From contig JAWMAR010000077.1 of NCBI GenBank assembly GCA_036785375.1, positions 248,001 to 312,000 on the forward strand: a DNA stretch of 64,000 nucleotides, given 5' to 3'. Position numbers and translations under genes: made by a program. Below are positions 26,901 through 38,900 of this stretch, piece by piece; within the stretch, counting starts at the first letter, position 1; every line of letters starts with the position of its first letter. Below the pieces are notes generated by a model. The model was not told the DNA's origin, searched no databases, and worked only from the letters and a program-made list of their open reading frames with translations. Source of the stretch: Leucoraja ocellata. Its lineage: Eukaryota.

Positions 26901-29900
26901 GGTTTAAGATCTGTAGGATATCTGACATATTCAGTACCCAGTGCTCTAGTCCACTAGGAGATTTGTCCTGTCACACCCAGCCTGAGAGATATGTGGACTG
27001 AGCCTGATCTCATTTATCAGTTTTCAAAGGGGCAGCAAACAAGATCTATCTGCCTTATTCCCATGTATACCCCAGAGAGATTGACTTCAGGTTAACCTTC
27101 TGTCTCGGTAATGCCTCACTTGTTTCCTTGTCACCCATTTGGATTTGGGATTTGTACCCTCGCTCTGCTCCTTCACCTCCTGCACATTGTGGGTTCAGGT
27201 CCTACTCCTGAAGCCTGTGGTTGGAGTCCAGGCAGGTTGTAATCTAGTCAGTGCTTGCAGGGTGGTCTGACCACATCCTGTTGGAGCCAACACAGTCAGC
27301 ACTGATATCAGCACTGTACTGAAATTGTCCTCAAATCCTGTGCAGTCTTTCATCATACAAGAGGAAATTGATAGGGTTACTTTTACATCTACAATAGACA
27401 ATAGTGGGCCATTCGGCCCTTCGAGCCAGCACCGCCATTCAATGTGATCATGCCTGATCATCCCCAATCAGTACCTCGTTCCTGCCTTCTCCCCATATCC
27501 CCTGACTCCGCTATTTTTAAGAACCCTATCTAGCTCTCTCTTGAAAGCATCCAGAGAACCTGCCTCCACCGCCTTCTGAGGCAGAGAATTCCACAAACTC
27601 ACAACTCTCTGGGTAAAAAAGTTTTCAGGGTTTGTGAAAATTCTCCCCAGGTGCGGCCATGCGCCACCCTGACCTAGCAGAATTATAGTAGGGATCAGAG
27701 GGAATCCTGCGAGGCACTCTGACTCTGCGGGTGGGAAGACGAGTAGATGAGAGAAACCGGTATCAGTTATCAGTGCGGGAATTGTAGGTTGGCCACTGAA
27801 AAACACAAGGGCGTTAAGGGAGGTAGATACAGATTTCCTGGAGGTGGTGAGCGTAGGGCACAGAGTGAGGGGCACTGGCAGAAGGACCGGATGTGAAGAG
27901 AACACAACTAATTCCAGCCCCCATCGGCGATCAGATCTGGTCAGTGCTTCCTGCAGTCAGTTGCTGTGATCGGGTCAGAGTTGCCTGAAATTGAGAGAGG
28001 TCACTGGAAGTCGGTCATTGGGTCACTGGGAGCTAGTCACGGGGTCATTGGGTGTTGATCATTGGGTCACTGAGACCCGGTTATGGGAATCCGTTCACTA
28101 GGGGCAGGTCACTAGTAACTGGGTCACTAGGAACTGTGTCAATGGGATTCAGTCACTGGGGCCACCAGTCACTGGGAGCTGGTCACAGGGAGCGACCATT
28201 GGGAGCTGGAGAGATACTGGACAAGCAAATGGTGGGCATTGGGGGGAGAAGAGGGAGGAGGAGAGGGGATGAGAGATCATGCACTGATCCACACTCCAGG
28301 CGCTCTGCCCCATTTTGATCTTTGTTTTTTTGTTTTGAAGGATTGCCAGTCAGTGCCTCAGACGTGGAAATGCAGTACAATTTACAAAGCATTCCTGAGA
28401 TCAGGAGCGTGTCCGTGCAGAGGGGGGGCAGCTGCTCATATAGCTACTGGAATGTGAAGTGGTTGAAGGCCGGAAAACAGCCCAACCTACAGGTGAGAGG
28501 CTGACCCCAAAAAACCGTATTTGTCCGATCTCTGGACAGACCAGGCTGGGACCAGGTGATAGATCTGGTTCAAGGGACCAAATGGCGTTTGCTCCCCCTA
28601 CCTATATGCCTGTTGTATACATCAACCTCAACACTATTCAATGTTACTGTTGTAATGATCAGACGCATTGGACAAGATGGAGGAATGAGTGGGGGCAGAT
28701 GGCTGGGCTATGATCATCAGGGTCTCATTCTGCCCCTTGCTTATTATCAGTGAGTCCATTGAAATCATCTTGTATATACATACCACCTGCAGGGGGAGGC
28801 AATGACTGCTCAGATGAATCATTTCCTCCAAATTAGCTTGCATGGTGGCCATTCCTTCTTTACCACTAGGTGTAAGTCCTGGAACTCCCTCTCCTCTCTA
28901 CTGTGGGATTACCTTAATCAGAAAGGCTGCATTGGTTCAAGAAGTTGGCTCTCATCTTCGCAAGGGCATTATAACTACATTTAAAAGACATTTGGACAAT
29001 CACATGGAGAAGAAAGATTTAGAGGGACATGGGACAAAAGCAGGCAGGTGGGACTAGTGCAGATGGGGCATCTTGGTCAGCAAGTTTGGTCGAAGAGCCC
29101 GTTTCTGTGCTGTATAACTATATGAGACTATTGTATAGGACCAGAAAAGTGAATGGTAGGATCCTAGAGGGTGCTGGAAAACAGAGATATCTAGGAATAA
29201 AGGTACATAGTTCCCTGAAAATGGCATCAAGGTGGATATGATGATGGAGAAGGCTTTTGACATGTTGACCTTCATCAGTAAGGAATTGAGTAAAGAAGTT
29301 GAAATGTTATTTTACAGTTGTGCAAGACATTGGTGAGGCTGCACATGGAGCATTGCATTTAGCTTTGATCACCCTGCTGTTGGAAAGATGACATTAAGAT
29401 TGAAAGAGTGCGGAAAAGATTTATGTCAATGTTGCCAGTCGCGAAGGCCTGAACTATAAGGAGAGTTTGGATTTTATTCCATGAAACGCTGTAGGCTGAG
29501 GGGTGATCTTATACAGGTGCATAAAATAATGGGACAAATAGATAGGGTGAAAGCACAGTCATTTTACCAGCATAGGGAAATCAAAAACTATAGGGCATAG
29601 GTTTATGATGAGAGGGGAGAGATGTTATAGGTATTTGAGGGGCAGCTTTTTTCACACTGGGGTAGATGGAATGAATTCCCAGAGGAAATAGTTGAGGTAG
29701 GTATAATAAGAACATTTAATAAAACATTTAGACAGGTACATGGATAAGAAAGGTCCAGAGTAACATGGGCCAACTGTAGGTAAATGTTTCAAGCTTAGAT
29801 GTGGCATCTGGTTAGGCATGGGTCAAATGATCTGTTTCTGTGCTGTGTGATGTTATGACTCTATTAAGGATGGGCAATAAAATGCTGCCTTTGCCAAGCT

Positions 29901-32900
29901 GCCTGGATCCTCTTTATAGGAATAAATGGAGCTTCAGCCATGTTTTCCTGGTGAAATTTGTTCTGATCAAATGACCAAAATTAGATTGTGGCATTAAATG
30001 TCTGTTGATCCTGTGTTGAACAGGTTAATGGTTCAAATGTTCAAGGAGTCAATGCGCAAGTTAATGTTTACCAGTGGAAGTCTGGAGGGCTGTTCAGGCA
30101 GCGGCTGATTGGAGACCTGTTCCGTACCCCGCACTCCCTGCCTCAGGTATGTACAGTAGACTCTTCACACCCTCCTGCTGTGAAATGGCTGGTTGAATCC
30201 ACACTCTAACCCCCACAAGCCTGTTCCGCAGTTAGTTAGACCAAGGCTAATCCATACTGGAACCCCATTTATACTACACCTGTATTCTGACTTGATTTGG
30301 AAACCTACCCTAGCCCAATCCAATTTACTCATTCTTATCCCACATTCCCCAGAATCCCAAATCAGCAACAATCTGCTGGTTTTGATTATGACATTTTTAC
30401 TTAAACCCTTAGATCCAGAGAATTCCCAGATGGGGGCTATTCCCAGTGAGAAGATTTCCTTCCTAAACTGTGCAGTTTGACTAATTTCTGGTCCTTCTCC
30501 ACATCCCCTCGTCCTCCCCCCTCCCCCCCACCCCTTCCCCACCACCACTGCACCCCAACCTCACCAGCAATCAAATCCCTTCATCCTTTTGCAAGTTAGG
30601 CCTCCACCCACCTATTCATATATCACATCTGGAGGGATTGTGAACAGATTGTTTTCCTTCCCTTTGCTGCTTCTGTTTCCCAACAAGTGCAGGAAACATG
30701 GGTTATATCACCAATGACTATCCAGTACACCCTGAGAGAGAGAAGAATATGCAGACTAAAAACGATCTTGGGTCGGGGGCAAAGATCATCGCGTTGATGG
30801 GTGTACACAATCTGTTGTCTCAAACATCAACCAGAAATAGTGGAAACACTCATATGTCAGACAGGCATCTGAGGAGGGAGAAACAACATTTATTATTTAA
30901 ATGTGATGAGGCTTCTCGTTACATAGAAAGAAAAAGACTTGAGAGCAACTAGACGATTAAACTCTACAGACGATACCTGAACCACGATATTTCCAGTTTT
31001 CTCCATTCTGTTCCCCAGATTGCCTCATCACAGAGTTTAGCTTTGGTATTACATATCTAATCAATCTGGTCGACAGCAGTTTTAACTCTTGAACAGGCAC
31101 CCCCAGCCCATGCTGTCAGGGTCTGTGTTAGATTAACACGTCAGTAGCAGAGACTTTGCTGGAAAATTCATCAGTTTCAGCTGGCTCTGTTTCTTGGTTC
31201 CCTCAACCTCATCCGGGACTAATCCACCTTCCGCTCTCGATATCAGTCTCATGAAGAATACTTTGCATTTCCTTATGACCTCGATTTGGCCAACACTATT
31301 TGGCCCATTGGATTCCCCAATTAATTTTCCCTATTAACTGTTCTCTTGCCATTCCTATCAATTCCCCCAGATTTTACCACCCACTGGGACACCAGGGGCA
31401 ATTTACATTAGCAATTTAACCTTCCACTGTACCTTTGGGAGGAAACTGGGGAAATGCACAAGTAGAAGGTGCAAACACCATCCAGACAGCACTGGAGGTT
31501 GGAATGGAACCCATGTCACCGGAGCTGCAAGGCAGTGACTCCCAAAAGCCGCGGTGCGGAACTGCGGTTATCGTTGCTGCCTGGCAATGGCAGCCAAGTA
31601 TTACAGCCCCCCCATTAATGCTGGTGCTCGTGGGGTTTACAGTGCAGCACGGTGATGATCAGAACCACTCCGCTGTCATGACATTTCCTACCCAACAGGT
31701 GCATGTTTCCATCAACGGCATTCCCAGCAACTGCTCCGGAAACTGTGGATACATGTGGAATTCTGCGAAAACCCCAGTCATTACAGGCATCAGCCCAAGC
31801 AGAGGTATGTGCTCAAACCAGGGGGGAATGTTTCCGCTCAGGGGGGTACGTTGCACAAGAGGCCAACATTTCTGGGCTTCCTCATTTCAGACGGAGGTGA
31901 GGAGACATTTCTTCTTTCAACAGTTTGTGAATGTTCATTTTCTCTACCGACCGAGCTGTGGAGGCAGAGCCGCTAAATATACTGAATTTAGTGTTTGACA
32001 GAGTACAGTAGAGGGGGATGGGGAGGAGGTATTGAGGCAAGACTGGGATTGAAAGGTGGAGAAGATTCGAAGGACCGGGTGGCCTTAACCTCCTCTGTTT
32101 CCTCTCATGTTCTAACTCCACGGTCACCTCCTTCCACCTGCCTTCAGCAAATGCTGGGCACGTCCCTCAGGCTGCAGCCTGTACCTCCTTTACACGTTAT
32201 GTCCATCCGAGCAGACTGACCATGGCTGAATCCACCATCTTAAATCCAGACCAGCACAAGAGTGCCCTTCCCACAGTGTAACACCCAGTCGTGGCCATAC
32301 TGTACCATCCAACCCATAGCAAGTCACCTTGTCACCGCTCCCTCCATAACTCCCTTGTCACCGCTCCCTCCATAACTCCCTTGTCAATTCTTCCCTTCCC
32401 TCTCGTACCACCCCCTCCCCGGGCACTTTCCCTTGCAACCGCAAGAGATGCAACACTTGTCCCTTTACCTCCCCCCTCGACTCCGTTCAAGGACCCAAGC
32501 AATCGTTCCAGGTGCGACAGAGGTTTACCTGCATCTCTTCCAACCTCATCTATTGCGTCCGCTGCTCTAGATGTCAGCTGATCTATATCGGTGAGACCAA
32601 GCGGAGGTTGGGCGATCGTTTCGCCGAACACCTCCGCTCGGTCCGCAATAACCAAGCTGACCTCCCGGTGGCTCAGCACTTCAACTCCCCCTCCCACTCC
32701 GTCTCCAATCTCTCTGTCCTGGGTCTCCTCCATGGCCACAGCGAGCAGCACCGGAAATTGGAGGAACAGCACCTCATATTCCGTTTGGGGAGTCTGCATC
32801 CTGGGGGCATGAACATCGAATTCTCCCAATTTTGTTAGTCCTTGCTGTCTCCTCCCCTTCCTCAGTCCCCCTGCTGTCTCCTCCCATCCCCCAGCCTTCG

Positions 32901-35900
32901 GGCTCCTCCTCCTTTGTCCTTTCTTGTCCCCGCCCACCCCCGCCCCGATCAGTCTGAAGAAGGGTTTCGGCCCGAAAACGTTGCCTATTTCCTTCGCTCC
33001 ATAGATGCTGCTGCACCCGCTGAGTTTCTCCAGCTTTTTTGTGTACCTTCATAGCAAGTCATGTTGACCATGCCCATTGTGTAATATCCAGGCCAGCACA
33101 GTGTGCCCACATACACTGTGTAATGTCCAGAGCAGCATAGTATGCCCATGTCCACTGCCCTTGCCCAGGACAGTCTATAGTAACCATGCATGCTGTGTAA
33201 TGTCCAGCCCAGAGCACAGTGACCATGCCCACATTGTAACACCTAGCCCAGAGCAGGTTTAGTGACCGTGTCCACTGTGTAATGTACAGACCAGCACAGA
33301 GGACCACATCCACTATGTTAAGTCTAGTCCAGGGTGGAGTAAATGTGTCCTCTATATAACGTCCAACCCAGGGCAGGGTGACTATGATCATACCCACCAT
33401 CTTACATCCAGCCCAGAACAGGGAGACTGTGATCTTCCCCACAGTAGAACGTCAAGCCCAAAGCACAGTGCCAATTCACACCCTGTAATGTCCAGCCCAG
33501 AGCAGGCCGCAGTGACTGTGACCAACGTCTAACTCTACCCTTTGCTCCTGCAGGTTCGGCTCTGTCAGGCACGGTCCTGACCATCTCGGGCTACCGGTTC
33601 GCCAACAGTTCAAAGACAGACACTACCTGGGTTGCGATTGGAGAAGCCAATTGTCCGATCACGAGAGTAACTGGTGAGCTGATGCTGAAAACCAAAGGTG
33701 TCTTTGGGGTGCGTGGGGGCGAATCACTGGACTACTGTCTTGCCACACGTACAGGAGGCAGAGCTGAGTGCTCCTTCCTATGCATCGGGAGCAGCCATTC
33801 GACAGTACAGTCTCCAGCAACTGAGAAAGGAACTGCAGAAGGGTCCCGACCGGAAACATCGTCTGTTCATTTCGTCCACAGATGCTTCCTGTCCCGCTGA
33901 GCTCCTTCAGCACTTAGTGTTTTACTCTCAGTTTGTTCAGAAGCATGGGCGGAGGTCATAGCTCCAACACTGGGTGTCGTTTCTGCTCCCTCATGCTATT
34001 CATATGCTTCACTTAGTTCCAAATATTTCCACAGTTCTCCTTAGAGGATGTGATGGTCCCTGCCATTCCCTGAGGCAGACCATTCCATTCCCAAACACCC
34101 CGTGAGTAACAACATTGCTCCCACTGCCCCTCCTTATCAACTGAGGAGCAAAGAACTGAGAGAGTGGATCACTGGTGTTTTTGTTTCCTTAACAAAGAGC
34201 TTTTATTGCATAATCACTTACAAAATACTGCACAGATCAAAACTGTGACAGGACTTCTGCAGGGATCTGGGACGATTTTTGCTTGTGATATATACACATG
34301 ATTTGGACATAAACGTAGATAGGTTGATCAGTAAATTTGCAGATGACACCAAGATGGCTGGGATCACGGGCTGTGGGGAAGGCTGTCAAAGTATACAGCG
34401 GGATATTGAACGACCACAAAAATGCGCAGAGAGATAGCAGATTTAGTTTAATCCAAGCAAATGCGATGTGCTATACATCAGGAGGTTGTACATAATGGGA
34501 AATTATGCAATCAAAGGCAAGATCCTTAACGAGGGCTTTTAACCGAGCAAAGTATTCCACTGTGACTGAATGAATATAACCAGACATAACATGACTCCAA
34601 AGTGCACTGGAGATCTTAACAGCGAAATAAGGCTTGTTCAAAGAAAACAAAGTCCTGCATTTTCTCGAAATCTGAAATTAAAACAGAAAATGTTGGAAGT
34701 ACTAGTAGATTTCTGGAGAGACCCAGAATTAGTGTTTCAGGTTAATAATTGTTCAACAGAACTGGAATAATTCAGAGATTAATATATTTATAATATGGAC
34801 AAGTTGGTTGAGAACACAAGGGAAGGTCAATGATAGCCTAGAGGGCAGAATGGAGCACAAGATAATAGTGCAAGGGGAAAGGGAGCAGTAGTGGGGACAA
34901 AATAGAGGAGCCCAGAATATTAAAATGAAACATGGTAAGAAACACAGATACATAGAAAATAGGTGCAGGAGTAGGCCATTCAGCCCTTCGAGCCTGCACC
35001 GCCATGTAATATGATCATGGCTGATCATCCAACTCAGTATCCTGTGCCTGCCTTCTCTCCATGCCCCCTGATCCCTTTAGCCACAAGGGCCACATCTAAC
35101 TCCCTCTTAAATATAGCCAATGAACTGGCCTCAACTACCTTCTGTGGCAGAAAATTCCACAGATTCACCACTCTCTGTGTGAAAAATGTTTTCCTCATCT
35201 CGGTCCTAAAAGATTTCCCCCTTATCCTTAAACTGTGACCCCTTGTTCTGGACTTCCCCAACATCTGGAATAATCTTCCTGCATCTAGCCTGTCCAACCC
35301 CTTAAGAATTTTGTAAGTTTCTATAAGATCCCCTCTCAATCTTCTAAATTCTAGCGAGTACAAACCAAGTCTATCCAGTCTTTCTTCATATGAAAGTCCT
35401 GACATCCCAGGAATCAGTCTGGTGAACCTTCTCTGTACTCCCTCTATGGCAAAAATGTCCTTCCTCAGATTAGGAGACCAAAACTGTACGCAATACTCCA
35501 GGTGTGGTCTCACCAAGACCCTGTACAACTGCAGTAGAACCTCCCTGCTCTTATACTCAAATCCTTTTGCTATGAAATTTACAAGCAGCATAATAGTTTT
35601 ATTGGTGATTGATTGATTTTAAAGATGTAATTTTGCTTTCATTTTATCATTAGATACTGAAATTACTTGTCTGGCTGGGCCAGGCTTCACCACAGTGTCC
35701 CCACTCACACTCTACGTCGCTGAGCTTGGCTTTGCAAAACACTCAGGCAACAGGATGTTTACTTTCACCTATGAGCTGGAGGTTACCAGCATTTTTCCTT
35801 CTGAGGGCAGTACGGAAGGTAACGATTACAAAATAGGTGGATAGCCATTTAAATAATCATTAAAGTAATAAACTGCTCCATTCAATAATATTTAAAACTT

Positions 35901-38900
35901 CAGCACAAGCAGTGGACAGATACTTAAAAGAACTAAAGACCATGAATGTCAAGTTTAAAGTTTTAATTGAACTACATTTTGTGTGGATTTCAGCTCTATT
36001 CAATAGATTAATTGAAAGGACAAACAGTCTCTGGCACTAGTGTAAAACTAGACTAAGTGCAGACCCTTTGGGTCTGCTCTCCCAACACAATATTCCACCA
36101 ATCACCCATTCCCCCAATGCAACCCATTCCCCCAATGCAATATTCAACCACACGCATAGCCCCCAAATGCGCAGGAGCAGCTCATTGCCCATAATCCCCC
36201 AGCACTCCCTCTTCTTTTCCATCTCCTCCTCTCCTCTCCAATCCCTCTCTCACCGCTCCCTCCCTCTCCTTTCCCCTACCCTCTGACACTCCCTCTCTCC
36301 GTAACCTCTCCCCTCCCTATCCCCCCACCACTCCCTCCATTCCCCACCTCCCCTACTCCTTACCTCCCCCATCTCCCCCACTACTCCTCCTCACACACCC
36401 CCCATTGCACTCCCCTCCATCTATCCCCATTCCCTACCTCCCCCACTCCCCATCCTCTCCTATTCCCCCTCTTCCACCACTCTCCCTCCTCACCTCCCCC
36501 ACTTTCTCCCATCTCCCTCCCTACCCCCTGCTCTCCCTCAATGCCCCCACTCTCCCTCTTCACCTCCCCAGGATCTTTCCCCTCTCCTCCCCTAATTACT
36601 CCCTCACCTCTACTTTCCCCTACCCTCAGTCACTCCCTCACTCCCTCCGTAACTCCTCTCCCCTCCCTACCCCATCCTATCTTTCTATCCCCCACCTCCC
36701 CTGCTCCTCACTTCCCCCTATCCTCCCCATTATCCCTCCTCACCTCCCCCTCTGCCCCCCTCTCCCTCTATTCCCCACTCCCTACCCCCCTAATCCCCCC
36801 GCCCCCCGTCCTCTCCCTCTATTCCCCCTCCATCCCCACCAAACAAGAGGCAGGAAAAAAATGAAAAAGAGACAGCGATGACTGCTATCTTTGCTAATAA
36901 TACCCAGACCCTACAAAATGCAAATGGTTTTAAAAGTAGACAAAAATGCTGGAGAAACTCAGTGGGTGAGGCAGCATCTGTGGAGCAAAGGGATAGGTGA
37001 CCTTTTGGGTCGAACCCCTTCTTCAGACTGATGTGGGGGTGGCGGTAGTAGGAAGAAGAGGCGGAGACAGTGGGCTGTGGGAGAGCTGGGAATGGGAGGG
37101 GAAGGAGGGAGACAGCAAGGACTACCTGAAATTGGAGAAGTCAATGTTCATACCGCTGGGGTGTAAACTACCCAAGCAACTTATGAGGTGCTGCTCCTCC
37201 AATTTACGGTGGTGCTCACTCTGGCCATGGAGGAGGCCCAGGACAGAAAGGTCGGATTTGGAATGCGAGCGGGAGTTGAAGTTCTGAGCCACCGGGAGAT
37301 CAGGTTAGTTAATGCAAACTAAGTGGAGGTGTTCGGCAAAGCGATCGCCAAGCCTACGCTTAGTCTCACCGATGTAGAGCAGTTGACAGCTAGAACAGTG
37401 AATGCACTAGAAAAGGAGGTGCAGGTGAATCTCTGCCGCACTTGGAAAGACTGCTTGGGTCCTTGGATGGAGTCGAGGGGGGAGGTAAAATGACAGGTGT
37501 AGCATTTCCTGCGGTTGCAAGGGAAAGTACCAGGCAAGGGGGTGGGTTCTTTGGGTGGGAGGGGACAAATTGACCAGGGAGTTATGGAGTGAGCCATCTC
37601 TGCAGAAAGTCGAAAGGGGAGGAGATGGGAAGATGTGGCCAGTGGTGGGATCCTGTTGGAGGTGGCGAATATGTCAAAGGATTATCTGTTGTATGTGACA
37701 GCTGGTAGGGTGGAAGGTGAGGACAAGGGGGACTCTGTCCTTGTTATGAGTGGGGGAGATGGGGAGTGAGAGTGGAGCTACGGGATATAGAGGAGACCCT
37801 GGTCAGAGCCTCATCTATAGTCGAAGAGGGGAACCCCCATTCCCTAAAGAATGAGGACATCTCCGATGCCCTGGTTTGGAACACCTCATCCTGGTTGCAG
37901 ATGCGGCGTATACGGAGGAATTGGGAGCAGGAGATAGAGGGCTTACAGGAAGCAGGGTGGGAGGAAATGTAGTCCAGATAGCCATGGGAGTTAGTGGGTT
38001 TGTAGTAGATGTCGGTCAGTAGTCTGCTACGTGCGATGGAGATAGTGAGGTCTAGAATCGGTAGGGAGATGTCGGAAATGGTCCAGGTGAATTTGCGTTT
38101 TTTAAACAAATGATTTTTAAATATCTCTTTACCCACCATGGCTAAAGATTACAAAGACTTGCACATTACAGTGCCTTTGCTGGTCTCCTGGACTCCAGTG
38201 AATCACTGCAGGCAGCAGTACAATATAAGAAGGGTGTCAGCTTGCCCGATGGCAAGTGGGCCCTTGATGAAGTGGGCCACCTATATCAAGTGGGGCCCCT
38301 GATGAAATGGGCCCCCTTTGTCTCCTAGCAACCAATATTTTTAGACCCAGTCTGCCACTGTATAAGAAGCTCACTGAATGGAGAAAAATAGGATTCTGGT
38401 GCTTTGAAATGGGCAGCCTGTTCTATGAAGTACATCTGGGGTTGGAGCCAGATCTTGCAGACTGGTGCCAGAGAAGACATTTTCTCCCAGAGGCAATGGA
38501 CACCTGAACAGGATTGAGCAGGTGGTGAGTACTGGGGTCGGTGCAGGATGTTAGGGCTGGTGAATTGATATTGGCTGTGGAGATGAAAACAGGTGGGAGA
38601 GGTGGGTAAATGGTAGAATAGCTGGATAGTCAGTGAGAGGCAAGACTGGAAATTGGAGCCCACTTTGCATCACATCCACTGCCCTTACATTCAGAGCACT
38701 GTTTCTGCCCTTCTGTTTCAGGTGGAACCATCCTGACAATATCCGGCTCCAGCTTCCCTCCCGACACGGCAGTGCTGATCGGAGAGAAAAACTGCACACT
38801 CCTCACACAATTCCTGTTCGAGATAACCTGCAGAACTCCACCTGTGAGTGGGTGGTCGTCCTTGTAGTGAGGGGATGCTGCAAGCCAGGGACAGAGGCTG

